Shown: one piece after another, positions 12,617 through 26,482 of the stretch | How positions within the stretch are numbered: the first letter of the stretch is position 1 | Layout: each line of letters opens with the position of its first letter | DNA from: the human T2T-CHM13v2.0 reference genome, Homo sapiens | Strand: one strand, 5' to 3' | Length of the DNA stretch: 64,000 nucleotides | Assembly: GCF_009914755.1 (NCBI RefSeq) | Contig: NC_060932.1 | Made by a program: the position numbers and the translations under genes | Notes under the pieces: generated by a model | The model's input: the letters and a program-made list of their open reading frames with translations, nothing else | Told to the model about the DNA's origin: nothing | Databases searched by the model: none

Positions 12617-14014
12617 TTATATGGTTTGGCTTTGTGTCCCTGCCCAAATCCAACCTCGAATGGTAATAATCCCCATGTGTCAAGAGTGGGACCAGATGGA
12701 GGTAATTGAAACAATGGGGCAGTTTCACCCATGCTATTCTTGGGATAATCAGTCAGTTCTCATGAGATCTGATGGTTTTATAAGCGTCTGGCATGTCCCC
12801 TGCTGGCACTCATTCTCTCTTCTGCTGCCCTGTGAAGAAGTGCCTTACACTATAATTGTAAGTTTCCTGAGGCCTCTCCAGCCAGCCATGTGGAACTGTG
12901 AGTCAATTAAGCCTCTTTTCTTTATAAATTACCCAGTCTTGAGTATTTCTTCATAGTAGTGTGAGAACAGACTAATACAATAAATTGGTACCAGGAGTGG
13001 TGTGCTGCTATGAGAGTACTCAAAAATGTGGACGTGACTTTGGAACTGGGTTACAGGCAGAGGTTGGAAAAGTTTGGAGGGCTCAGAAGAAGACAGGAAA
13101 ATGTGGAAAAGTTTGGAACTTCCTAGACACTTGTTGAATGGCTTTGACCAAAATTCTGATAGTGATATGGACAATGAAGTCCAGGATGAGGTGGTCTCAG
13201 ATGTAGATGAGAAACATCTTTGGAACTGGAGCAATGGTGACCCTTGCTATGTTTTGGCAAGGAGATTGGCTGCATTTTGCCCCTGCCCTAGAGATCTGTG
13301 GAACTTTGAACTTGAGAGAGATGATTTAGGGTAACTAGTGGAAGAAATTTCTAAGCGGCAAAAGGTTCAAGAGAAAGCAGAGCATAAAAGTTCACAAAAT
13401 TTGCAACCTGACAATGCAAGAGGAAAGAAAAATCCATTTTCTGGAGAGAAATTCGAGCCAGCTGGAGAAATTTGCATAAGTAACGAGGAGCTGAATGTCA
13501 ATCACCAAGACAATGGGGAAAATGTCTGCAGGGCATGTCAGAGACCTTCACAGCAGCCTCCCTACCCCATCACAGGCCTGGAGGCCCAGGAGGAACAAAT
13601 GGTTGCCTGGGGTAGGCCAAGGGCCCCCCTGCTGCTCTGTGCAGCCTCAGGACTTGGCGCTCTGAGCCCCAGTCATGGCTAAAAGGGGCCAACATCAGCT
13701 TGGGCCATTGCTTGAGAGAGTGACCAGGTGGAGGTATTTGAATCATGGGGTGGTTTCCCCCTTTTCCCCATCCTATTCTCATGATAGTGAGTGAGTCCTC
13801 AGGACATCTGATGGTTTTATAAGCATCTGGCATTTCCCCTGCTGGCACTCATTCTATCTTCTGCCACCCTGTGAAGAGGTGTCTTCCACCATGATTGTAA
13901 ATTTCCTGAGACCTCACCAGGTATGCAGAACTGTGAGCCAATTAAACCTATTTTCTTTATAAATTACCCAATCTTGCGCATTTCTTCATATCAGCATGAG
14001 AATGGACTAACACA
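12617..14014 (+). mobile_element. THE1 (C/D-like) ERVL-MaLR element: 5' LTR (~12617-12979), partial internal region (~12980-13715) and 5'-truncated 3' LTR (~13715-14014)
   Basis: LTR ends tatggtttggc...actaataca/actaacaca; THE1-int start taaattggtaccagg...ggctcagaagaagacaggaaaatgtgg; imperfect 5-bp TSD gagac/aagac. Confidence 0.88.
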
Positions 14015-15999
14015 AAGACTGCGCTTTTAAGCACTAACTATACTATGCTGTAAAGATAATGCATTAGAGTAGAATCTATAGATGGTAGGGAATCCAGGAA
14101 GGCTCCCTCGAGGAGGTAACATTTAAGTTGATTCATGAATAATGTATAGAAGTTAGGCAAGCAAGGATGGGGAAAGTGTTTTAAAGAAGCAATGGGTAGA
14201 AAGTCAAGAAAATGCAGGAAGCATTTGGGGAGGTAAAAAAGTGCCCAGAATTGCTGGAGAATAGGATGGTAAGGTTGGAGTGGCTGCACATGGTTGGGGA
14301 AGCAAGGAGAGAGCCAAGAGATTACCATACCTAAATGCCTCACATTATAGTGCCATTATCTCCTTAAATCCTCATCCCAATCCTGCAAAGTATGACTGCA
14401 TTGTTTTGTATGAAAAAGAAAGACAGCTTAGATAGCTCACCTAACTTGCCCAAGAATTACATATTTACAATGGAGCTGAGAGTATGGATTCCAAAATCCA
14501 TTTCATGTCAATATGTCCAATTCTGAACCTCACAATATATGGACTTTCTTATTTTAGGAGGTCACAAACACTTCCTTGAACATTCGAGCTAGAGATGTCA
14601 CCACCAAATAATTCTTATTAGTATCAATGTTAATAAATTGAGTGTTATGGGGAGATGCTGCTTCTAGGGGATCATGTGCATAATAAAATCCAACTATTAT
14701 TTGCAAGGAAAACAAAGAACCAGGTTCAGAGTTCTGTCAAATCTGCATAGGGTTTTGGAGGAAGTTTCTCTCTTTGAATTTGAGTTGTACAAAGTAACAT
14801 ATTATAATGCAGTGGAATGTTCACATCTGTGTCTTTAGTTTGTATGCCATTTTAATTAAATATTTGGGGAGAGAAAGAGAAAGAGAGAAAAAAGAGAGAG
14901 AGAAAAACAGATACACAAATAAGGGAAGAAAAATGAAGGTAAGTAAAAGGAAGCAAAAGGGAGAGGAAAGGAGGAAATAAAGCACTTTAAATAATTCCAG
15001 CAATGCTGTCTGTTCATGAGCATTTGACATGGAGTGAGAAGATGAGGATCTATAGTGTCTCAAGCTGTGGCTGCCAATAGCGTGCTCACTCCACTGGACT
15101 CAGTGTGTCACTAGGTTTAAAGTTACATCTCTTTCATAATCATGCTACCTAAATACAAGCCAACTGCTTTATCTGGAGTTCAACCATACAGAAAGGAAAT
15201 TTGGCTATCCTGGACTTGCTGAAATATGATACATCCATTTACTGATTTTTGTGGGCATTTGAGAGAGTTTTTAAAAGCATGATTTTTACTCAGCTGTTGG
15301 TTTTAAAACCTAACCCCAGTGAAGCAGTGATTCCAAGGAAGTTAGGTTTCACCTAAGTTACAAAATAGAATATGCATCACAATCCAGTCATAACACATGA
15401 AACAGATGTAGAAGTGAGCAAAAGAGGTATACCTTGGAAAATCCAGTCTTCTGTGCCTCGAATCTAGGATAGACGCATGCAGCCCCTGGCAGAGTAGTTA
15501 GCAATGAAAGGTGCATATTAAAAGTTTATTGAATGAAAAAAAAAAGAATTAATGACCCATGAGTTGCTGGCTGTCAGAAAAGAATCAGGTATACTTTCTG
15601 AGAAGGCTCCTCATGTGGACACAGGGACATTTTCAACATTGCTGTGGAAATAAAGTCTATAAATATTCACAGATAGGCAAATTAGATATCTTTTGAAGAC
15701 CAGAGTGAATACCGATTCAATTCTCTCCCCTCTTTATGTAGGGCCTGCCAAGCATTGCATCTAGAGTGCTTTATGGATGGGACCTGAAAGAATCAAGTGA
15801 CTCTTTCCCCTGCTGGATGGACCTGGGCCAGCAGGTCACTGCCAAAGCTGCCCTTCTCACCACATTCTCAGTGCCTGACCCCCAGAGGATGGGACAGCAA
15901 GGGCTCTGCTTTAACAACATTTAAGAGTGTTTCTTCTAAGGCTAGCTGTAATCATCTAAAAGTGGAGGTGACAGTATGGGCCTGGGGTAGGTTTGTTAT

Positions 16000-16898
16000 A
16001 GCTTTGGGGAGTGATGTGTATTGAAGGACCTGGCTTGGGGAGAATACTGTAGGTTCCTCCAGGTGTTGTGTCGGACAAAGGGACCTCCCTTACAGCAGAT
16101 GGGGTGCAAGAATTGGCATAAAACCGTGGGATCCTCTGGTTCCAACACTGACTCTACCCCCCAGAAGCTGATGCCCAGGTAGAATGCAGGAGCACCCTGG
16201 TGAGGGTGCAGCTGAAGAGCCATCTTGCAGTCAATACTCCCTGAGGATGGGTTGTCACCCTCCAGGACATAGTGGACACACTAAATCAAAGGCCTCTAAA
16301 TGGTGCTGTGTCCCTGATAGGTAGAATACATGAGTCAGGGGAACAAGGGGGTAGAGGCAGGAGTGGCCCCAATTACCATCACTCCCAGGAACCCATTTGG
16401 GGAGCCTGGCATCTCAGAACCAGAAACTCTGCATTTTGTTGCTTTAGAGTTCCAGGTTGCCAAAACTGAATGTTTTCATCAGGTGACAGAGCAAGAGTCC
16501 CACTGAACTCTAAACCATGACTTTCACCTGAGCATGTTGGGTTCTTCATGTCAAGTGACCAACAGACAAGAAGAATCACCATCTGGAATGGGTTCTTCTA
16601 TGGCCTGAGGAAGTCATGGTGACCAGAGGCTCAGAGCACTCAGAGGTTAGAGTCTGGGTCACACCACCAGGTAAACCACAAGACCAGCAGAGGTACTAGT
16701 GGAGTGTGAGGGGAATCTAGAATAATGTACATCGGTTGGTGCCCCCAAGACTCAACTGCAGCAGCAGGGACTGTAATTTGTCCCACTAATCTTCCTTTTT
16801 TAAATTTCCCCAAAGAAGAGAAACCTACCAGGATCATAGAGGAACAGCTCTCAGAAACAGTATGAAGAAGTGGATCCTAGAGGTACAAGGGGTGCACC
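16000..16898 (+). mobile_element. ERVL internal remnant (ERV3-16A3/HERV16-like; integrase C-terminal/dUTPase region, degraded)
   Basis: tggtgctgtgtccctgataggtagaatacatgagtcaggggaacaagggggtagaggcaggagtggcccc..accatcactccca motif; purine tract aagggg before the LTR. Confidence 0.6.
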
Positions 16899-17313
16899 GT
16901 GGTGGATCCTGTGATGAGCCATCGGGTCTCCATTCAGGAAAGATGGACTTGTCCTCCTAGGATTGCTTCTGGCAGACAGTCCTCAGCTGCCAGTCTCCTT
17001 TGAGGATTACCTCAGCTAAAGAGGGTCTTCTCATCCAAGGTCATGCTCCAAAACTGATCAACATGGAGGCATAAAGGATCATAATGGAACTCATAATGGA
17101 ACTCAGAACATCCTGGGAAGGTCATCCCAGCTTCAGAACTCTCCGAAGTGTTGACTGTGGTCTCTGTTGAAATTGCGTCACAGCTCAACTTGTCTATTTC
17201 TGCTTCCAACTTTTCTCCTCCGTGGGTACTGATCCCAACCGAATCCCTAATAAGCTTCCTACAAACTTATCTCCTTCTCAGAGTCTGCTTCTCAGAAGAC
17301 CTAACTTTGAACA
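16899..17313 (+). mobile_element. LTR16C-like ERVL LTR
   Basis: gtggtggatcctgtg...tggcagacagtcctcagctg...cctcagctaaagag...ccaaggtcatgc...ctcagagtctgcttc. Confidence 0.65.
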
Positions 17314-18834
17314 ACTAACAAATGTGCATTACCCTCACTAATGCAGTTGAATGAATGAATTTGTCAAATAAACCTAATCAATGGATTTAATTAGTTTGTA
17401 CCATCTAGGTTATTAGGTTAATGTTGATAATGACTACCAATATATAATTTCCTCCCTCATTCATTCACTTTATAAGCATTTATTGAGTCCCAAGTATGAC
17501 TGAGGCATTTAGATTCCAGTGACAAATAAGACAAATTAGGCCCCTTCCCAATGGGACATCCTGTGGAGACTTTCATTTAAATTAAGTAGTCAGGGGAAAA
17601 CCTCTGGGGATGAAATATTTAGATAAAACCTGACAAATGAAGAGGAGTGGACCAAGAAAAGACCCAGGCAACAATTATTCTGGGCAGAAGGAGAGCAGGG
17701 AGGGTGATCCTACAGTGCCGTAGGGTAAGGGAAGGAGGAAGGGAAGAGGTCACTTTATGACCAAGCTTAAATTTAGGTCTGAAGCTCCTGGGTTGAGCCA
17801 CTTCAAGCTCATGGTAAAAACCGATATAGAGTTCTTCAGAAAATAATTTTTCTACCAGTGTATCTCTGCCACAAGACCCCCTCCCCCAGTGATTTGCAAA
17901 ACACAGAATTACCTTTTCCTTGCCAACTTCCCCCACCATCTCCTCCTCCATAGCAGATGGCAGTGTCAAGGAGGTAGTGTCAGCAGTTCCTAAGGAAGTT
18001 TTTGGTGTGAGCATGAAGGGTGTGTGGTGTAATGTGATGGTTACTATGGCAATTTTTATTGGGTAATTGGGTTTGAAGAAGCATTTTGATTCATCATTAG
18101 TTACTGAGCGAAAAATAGCAACTTGCCACGGGCTTGTTTTCTCTTAAAATGCATCTGTTGTTCAGGGTTGATAAAGTACAGTATGCACCAAAAGTTGGAA
18201 CATTTTCCCAAGTCACCTAAGTCTTGATCCTAACTCCTTCAGAGAAGTCCATTATATATTCTGTTATACTTTACCAAAAAAGTGTGTTTATTGTTGCAAA
18301 GGAATCTCACATTAGCCTAAGAAAAATGAAAAAATGGTTTGTTAAGTACAAATTGAGTAGCCCCACTCATAAAGAAGGTGACTTCACATGAAATAACTTT
18401 ACAAAGTTTCTCAACTGTATTATTTTACAAGTTGAGACCAATCAAGTGGTCTCCCAATACTCCTTTTCTCTGATGAGTATAGAGAATAGAGTGGCTTAAA
18501 ATTGGTGATCTAGCTAAAGAGAGGCATCAGTTAACCTCTACAGCAGGGAATAAGCATAAGCAAATCTATTAACAAGCATTTAGTTTACCCTTGCTTTTTC
18601 AAATTTACTCATTTCACGTTTCAATCAAATAAAATGTTCTTCCGAAATTTATGTACATGGTGATTATGAGTAAGTGCAATGGGTTTTGGTCTATAATGCT
18701 GAGTTATATACCTTGTGACACGTTAGGTAGTAAAAATATAATGGAAGCTAGTAACATAAAATATCTTTAGCCCATGGTGATTCATACCTAACACCATCCT
18801 GTTCACAATTTTTAAAAATAAATATGCTTATTTT

Positions 18835-19210
18835 AGATTTAAATCCTAATTCTGCCACTTAACACAGCTAAGCCTATTTTACCATTTTTTTTAAAGCAGG
18901 ATAATTAATAACTACCTTCCAGTATTAACACAGGATAAAATGAGGCCACACAGGGAAAAGCCTCACCATAGTGCTTGCAATTCTAGCCTAGTAGTTCAAA
19001 GATCTGTTTTTGGGATTTGAATCCCAGCTCTGCCTTTTACTAGTTGTGAGAACACAGGGAATCTACTTACCCCCTCTAAACTTCAGACTTCTCATTTGTT
19101 AAATGGGAATGGTAATGGGACTTACTTCATAGGTTGTTGTGACTGAGTGACATAATTACATAGACCCCTTGGCATATAATAGCACTTAATACTATTAGCT
19201 GTTACTATCA
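18835..19210 (+). mobile_element. Two tandem MIR fragments
   Basis: tttaaatcctaattctgccactt; tttgaatcccagctctgcc...cttcagacttctcatttgttaaatggg...cttcataggttgttgtga. Confidence 0.65.
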
Positions 19211-20329
19211 ATGGTAATTTCTTTCTTTTTCTCATCTATACCATCTGTTCTTTTAATGTGGGATTATGTGTCATAGTTAATTCTTCTGAACTTCATGGTT
19301 ATTGTGACAATGTCATTTATTGTACAAAATGGGACGTATTTCAGAGAGAAAGGAGACAGGCATAAATGTGGAGTATTCTGGGCACATAAGGTCTTACCCA
19401 GGGCACATGCTATTGGGTTAGACATAGGCCTCTAAGATAAGTCTTCAAACTATATTTTTGGAAAATTGATTGATAAAGAGCAGTTTCTTCAATTTGGTGA
19501 GAGCAGGAACAACTCTAGGCTCTGAGGATATGTCAGTCATCAAAATAGATGAAATCTCTCACTTGCCTTATGGAGAGACAGAAAATAAACAAAGAAAAAA
19601 TAACATTTTATTTGCCTTGATGAAAAGTGCTATGGAGAAAAATAAAGCTGATTAAAAGGAGAAACAAATTATAGAAGAAGGGAGTTTCCATTTTAGGTGG
19701 AGTAGCCAGGGAAGGTATCTCTGATGAGGTTATATTTATGCAGAGACCCCAAATGGTGAGCACACTATGCAGGTATCCAAAGGAGTAATGAGGAGTACAG
19801 ATTCCATTATCAACAAACATTTGCAGCAATTGCCTTCATAAATCTGAATGGTGCAAATAAAGGGTGGTAGAGAAGATATAAACAAATCAACTTTTACAGA
19901 GACTTTAAAAACTCAGTCCAGAAAGCCTTATTGTCTTCCCTTTAATTTTGGCTATTTTATCTCTAAACAATTCATAGCTTTATCCAGCTGTTACTACTCT
20001 AAAAATAATAGTTAAATGTATTATTTTTCTCCTTGGTATCTAGTGATTTATTTAAAAAAATTATCTTATTTTTTATAATGACAAGTCAGTATGGGAGTTA
20101 TTATATCCACGTCTAGGTGTGAAACGTGAGGCTCAGAGAGGTAAAACAACTTCTCTACGCACATAGCTAGGTAGAGAGGGCTGGACCCAAACTCAGACCC
20201 AAATCTGATGATTCCAAATGCTCCTTTTCTGAAGACTCTATTTTTAATCCTAACACCTAGAGAGGAAGCCTGTGTCTACCTAAGAATGACAGCAAACATC
20301 AATACACAGTTATTGATGGAAATCCATTT

Positions 20330-21200
20330 CTTCATTCATCATTTGATTAATACTTCCTGAGTACCTACTACATGTCAGGCATTTCTGTAGACCCTGGGGA
20401 TGTCAGTGAGAAATGGACATGATCTCCAAACTATGTGCCTGCTTTGCTAGCAGGAGCAAATAACTTAAATAAATAAATTATCTGGAGTGATAGAAGGTAA
20501 AAAGTAATTTAAAACAATAGAGCAGTTAAAGGGGAGAGTAACATGGGGTTGGGGTGGGAATGCAGTATGGTGGGGGGAGGTTACAAATTTAAATAAGAGG
20601 CTGGGCATGGTGGCTCACACTTGCAATCCCAGCACTTTGGGAGGCCAAGAAAAAGGATCACTTGAGGCCAGAATTTGAGACAAGTCTAGGCAATAGAGTA
20701 AGTAAAAAGAATTAGCTAGGCATGGTAGCACACGACCATAGTCCCAGCTACTCAGGAGGCTGAGGTGGGAGGATTGCTTAAGCCCAGGAGATTGAGTCCT
20801 CAGTGAGCTATGATTGCACTACTGCACTCTAGCCTGGGTGATCAATCGAGACCCCATCTCTCTCTTTTAAAAAATAAAAGAAGAATGTCACAGGAGGAGC
20901 TCTCACTGATTGGGTCACTTTTGTGTCAAAGCTTGAGTGAGTCTTGCAGATCTCTGAGGAAAGGATAATTCAGGCAGAGGGAATAGCCAGTGGTAAGGCC
21001 AAGATGGTACATTTAAGGGACTCCTGGGAGAGAGGTGAGGCTGGAGCAGAGTGAGAAAGAGAGAGAGAGTATGTGGAGACAGGGACGAAGAAGGTGTAGG
21101 GCCAGAGGCAGGTCTTTGGACCATTGTAGGGACACTGGCTCGACCCGGCATGAGATGAGGAGTCCTTCTAGGTTTGGAACAGAGGACAGGCCTGACTTCT
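20330..21200 (-). mobile_element. LINE L2 fragment split by an AluJ
   Basis: ttcctgagtacctactacatgtcaggc...; resumes after the Alu as caggcagagggaatagccagtggtaaggcc...ggctggagcagagtgag. Confidence 0.65.
20599..20880 (+). mobile_element. AluJ with an internal deletion in the left arm
   Basis: ggctgggcatggtggctcacac...aggattgcttaagcccaggag...agtgagctatgattgc (J diagnostics). Confidence 0.88.
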
Positions 21201-21367
21201 GTTCGAGAGTTATCCCCCAAAAGCCATTGGCCCATCTGCTAAAATTGACAGAACACAAACTAGCAGACAGGCTGCCTCCTGAACTCTTCCTGAAGTTTCT
21301 TTAGCCCTAAGAGTAACTCTCCTATTCCTATCTAGGATGTTGGAGAAAGAACTCGTGCTTTGATTAG

Positions 21368-21725
<358 letters not shown>

Positions 21726-24150
21726 TGGAATGTCCATGATTCTAAAGTCAGAGCAGGCAGCAGTCGGAGCTAGATGGCTGGAGACATTCAAATTTGGACT
21801 CTTTACTCCTATCCTAAGTCCTTGTCTCCACACATTGGCTTGTGAATTTAAGTACAGGAAATATGCTTACATAACTACTCTTTATGGTATGGGATGGGAA
21901 AAGCTAGGAAGCCAGAGAGCACTGGGTGCTAGATGCATTAGGAAAAGCCCCCCATCTACTCCCCACCCCCACACTCTGCATGGGCAGCCACCAGTCAGGG
22001 GCTGTGCTCACTGATATCCACCACCCCTGAATATGTCCCCACCACCTGCAAGGGGCCGACGATGGAGCCTACTAGCAATCACTGCATCTTTGGTTTACTG
22101 GTCACAGCATGTTAACATTTAGCTTCCTTTTCCCCCTCAGAGTTTTAAAAATGATGGCAGAGAAGTATGCCATGTAAGAGAAAAAAAAAAATCCCACTAG
22201 GAGATGAGCAGACCAGGTTAGCAGCCTGCTCAGCTCTTGGAAGTTAAGAAACCTTTCGGACCCTTGTTTCCTTATCTGATAAGCACCAACATCTGATACA
22301 TCAAATATCAGAAAACTTTAAAATATAAATTGTATTACAAATGCCGAGTATAAACATTTTATGTTTTATTGTATTACAAATGTCGAGTATAAACATTAAT
22401 GTTACGGGTAATTGAGGGAGTTTGTCATTTGGAATAAGTGTTGGTTTAAGGGAAAGAAGTGGGCTTTGAAGTACTTACCCTTCTTCAATATTTCATATAA
22501 AATAATGACTCAATGTAGTTCTGATACTGTCTTCTTTAGCAATTATTATTTTTCAAAGCTCAAAGAGAACCCTCAAAGAAAGAGAGGTAGTTCTTTCCCC
22601 TCCTTTTGTTAAAATACACTACCTTGAAGGAATAATGCTCGTATTCAACTTTATTTTTTTCAGTTTTCAGTTGCATGGTTTGGAAATATCAGTTTAAAAT
22701 ATCAAAGACATGCATTTCAATTAATCATGCTTCTTTCTTGTGCTTTGTCACAGTCTGCTGCTAACTTTTTCATAGGTTGGCCACACTACCCTCCCCAGGG
22801 GTTCTGTTCATTCATTCAATAAAATTTCCATGAAGCATGTGTTGTGTGCTAGGCATTGTTCTCAAGAGTGGAGATGTGACAGTAAATTAGAGAATCAAGA
22901 TCACAGCCATCATGATGCTTTCCCTGCAAGCTGCACAATGACAGGTAACACTTACAGGCTTGGCACCACTCTGAGACTTTACCTGCATTGTCTCTGTTTA
23001 TGCTCACTCCTATATAAGACACATGCTGTAATTATCCCATTTTATAGATGAAGGAATTGAGGCTTATGGAAGTTTAGTGATTTGCCAGGTCATACAGCTA
23101 ATGAGTGATGGTGTCAGAATTCAAGCCAGGTACTCTGTCTCCACAGCATGTGTTCTCACTCATTCTGCCAAACCATCTTCTTCCATTTGAGAGGAAATAT
23201 AGGAGTGTTAATCTCCTGGAGATTAACATATAAGGAAGGGCATGGTTAGGAGGAGGTTAGGCCTCCATGTCTATCAGTGGAGGTCTATTTTTGTTGTTAT
23301 CTCTAAATCTTACCCAGTTCACCTGCCACCTCCATGGTGAAGTCTTCCTCAATGTTCTCAGAAATAATGACACTTTCATTTTAGCTCAAAACACTACAGA
23401 AATGCCAGGGACTCTTGTGAAGGTGATGAGGAGGGAGGAGAAAGAGGAATATGATGGTATGAAATTGACGGTATTGTTGGTATTAATGAAAATGATGAGC
23501 TGGTGTATATTAGGCAATCTTGGCCTTTAGCATTGCACAAATAGGGTAGCTAACTATATCAGGTCAACAACAAATGTTTTCTACAAGTAGAGTTGCCACA
23601 TAAGCAACAAAATGAGATAAATTATGTTTAATAAAATTTGTGTTTGCTTCTTTAATGATACCATCTATTTAAAGGCTGTGGAAGCCACAAGTATTTTTAC
23701 CAGAACATCAGCTATTAAAAGAAGAACATCATTCTGGCACAGTGATTTTGTGTAGGATCATTGGAGTTACAATTTGGCAGATTCTTTGGGTCATCTTCTC
23801 TTGATATGATTCCTGTTAAGCTGCTGGTACTGGAAACATTTTAGCTTCAATTTTTAGCCTTACCTAGGATTTGAGCCAGATAGAAACAGGCCAGAAGTCT
23901 GGTAGAAGCACTAACTTGAATCTTAATCCAACCCAGGTATATCTCACCTTCTTGGACATACACATCCTATTGCCATACATACAAGCCTTTAGCACCAGCC
24001 TTGGGTATTCTCATTTATACATTTACTCTTAGATAAATACTTAACAAACATGGGATGCTGAGACTACTCAGGTGAGCAAGCATACCTGACTCACTCCCTA
24101 TCTTCATTGCTCTTACTATCTGCTGGGAAAACCAGAAAACACATGGAACA

Positions 24151-24153
<3 letters not shown>

Positions 24154-24231
<78 letters not shown>
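24154..24231. repeat. (CT)n microsatellite of about 78 bp (interrupted); polypurine/polypyrimidine tract
   Basis: Directly visible. Confidence 0.95.
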
Positions 24232-24234
<3 letters not shown>

Positions 24235-24289
24235 AAGGGAGTGTTTTTCAAGAAAATTGCGGGTGTTTTGAAAATGAAATGGAATTGAG

Positions 24290-24900
24290 TTGTGACTTAA
24301 GAGAGAGCAGAGGAAGCGTCCCTGAGAAAGGTTCCTTGAGCTGAGAATGAGGGAAGAACATCTTGGGCAAAGGAAGAACAGAAACTTAGACAGCTGAGGG
24401 GTAGAAGATGGCATGGGTCTTTCAAAGAACTGAATGAAAAATATTGTGGAAGGAGAACAAGATGAAGATTACCACTACCTGAGGGAGAGCAGTCAGATCT
24501 AAGAGGTAGATCCCAGGAAAGAATTTGTCCTCTGTCTTAAGATCAATAAGGAGCTATTGGCAGTTACTGAAGATTCTAAGCCATCATCATAAAAAAATTG
24601 CACCCTGGTAACACTGTGGAAAATAGATTAGAAGGGGGCAAAAGTGGATGTAGTGAGGCTACTGTGATTCAGGTGAGGACCAGTATCTTCTGCTCTAGAG
24701 TGGAAGGAGAAGACACGGATTGGATGCACTTGAGGACATTCAGCAGGCAAACTTGCAATGGACTGGCCATGGGACAGTGAGAGGGAGAATTGTTGGGGAT
24801 GCCTTCTGAGCTTTCTGTCTTGGGCAACTGCAAAGATGAAATAGAGAATGCTGAATTCATTGAGATCAAGAACCAGGAGGAGGACAAAGTTAGGGACATA
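24290..24900 (-). mobile_element. LINE L2 fragment
   Basis: cttgagctgagaatga...; tgtggaaaatagattagaagggggcaaaagtggatg...attcaggtgag. Confidence 0.55.
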
Positions 24901-25874
24901 GTTTGATGTAAATATCCAACATTCCTTTCTGAGATTTGGAAGATTTATTGGACTTCTCTACTTTTTAGAGTCCAATTATTCTACATCTTACCAATTATTT
25001 ATAACTTCAAGAGTCAGAATCATAAGCTGCAAATTAGAGAAGACCTTTAAAATAGTTTAGTCCAGCTCCTTCTTCTTTTCCCCAAATCCCTGATGATGGG
25101 CATCTGGCTTCTGCTAAGCACCCTCGGGGACTACTTTCTAATCTCACAAGGCCTGGTGCACTTTCAAAGAGTTACAAGTAGGAAGGTATCAGTTTCTTCC
25201 CTTGGGAAATAGTCCCACTAGTCTTCTCCAGCAATAATTGTTGCCTGGTATTTATTATGTGCTATAAATTATACATCAGATGACATGACATCTGATCTAG
25301 GTCTTTCTGTTTCTCAAATCTCAAATATGGAGCAAAGCAAAACAAAGCACCCATAAAATGTAAATGGCTCTATTTGTCTTAGGTGATTAAACAGATAAGT
25401 ATAAGATAGAAGAATTGCAATTACAATGTTATCTCAAAAAATAGTTAATGTTAATTTATTGGATGATACAGCATGAGTATATTTTGCAGCCAATATTGAT
25501 TAGAAATTATATTAGATATTGGTAAAGGAGAACTAAAACAAAAGTAGAGTATTTTCTATCACTTAAAAAAAATCTAGCAATGAGCAGTCTAGGGCTGGCA
25601 TGGTGCCTAGTCGTATCATCAGCGTTCTTGGATTCTTATTTCTTTGTGGCCCACCAACCTTCTGTATGGCTTCCATCTCTCCTCATAGTCCAAGATGGCT
25701 GTTGGAGCTGTCATGACATCTGTCTACCAGGTAGAAAGATGGCTAAAGGATGTAGGGTGGGTGAAAAAAATGTGGGTCTCCCAGAGGGATCAGACACCTT
25801 TTAAACGCTTCTCCAAATCCTCTAGTAATGCAACTGGGCACATTACCTCCCAAAATAAAGTTTGGTTCTATATG

Positions 25875-26249
25875 TGATATGGTTTGGCTGTGTACCCACT
25901 CAAATCTCATCTTGAATTGTAGTTCCCATAATCCTCACACATTGTGGGAGGGAACTGGTGGGAGGTAATTTAATCATGGGAGCAGTTACCTTCATGATGT
26001 TCTCGTGATAGTGAGTGAGTTCTCACGAGATCTGATGGTTTTATAAGGGGCTTTTCCCTCTTTTGCTTGGCACTTCTCCTTGCTGCTGCCATGTGAAGAA
26101 GGACATGTTTGCTTCCCCTTCTGCTATGCTTGTAAGTTTTCTGAGGCCTCCCCAGCGATGCTGAACTGTGAGTCAATTAAGTCTCCTTCCTTTATAAATT
26201 ACCCAGTCTCAGGTATGTCCTTATAGCTGTGTGAGAACAGACTAATACA
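25875..26249 (+). mobile_element. THE1C solo LTR
   Basis: tgatatggtttggctgtgt...gttctcacgagatctgatggttttataagggg...aaggacatgtttgcttcccc...gagaacagactaataca. Confidence 0.9.
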
Positions 26250-26482
26250 ACAAGTGTGTCCTCAAATGGCTTATCATTTTCAAACATATGCAAAAACAAT
26301 TTAGGGTAATTCAGAATTATGTGGGCAACTAAGTTTGGATTACTTTCAGGAATATAAGTAGGAAAGAAAGGAATTTATTTTTGTTAGTAGGGATCTGGGT
26401 AAAAATAAATGCTTGGTCTGCGTATTTTGATATATTATGTAATGATTCTTTTCTTTTTCCATTTGGTGTGCACACCAATCTG

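Noticed and set aside
13074-13682. ORFs such as MEGSEEDRKMWKSLELPR as a gene
   Set aside because: Broken remnants of the THE1 internal ORF, with stops and a deletion.
17080-17105. 12-bp tandem duplication cataatggaact (x2)
   Set aside because: Ordinary slippage duplication inside an old LTR.
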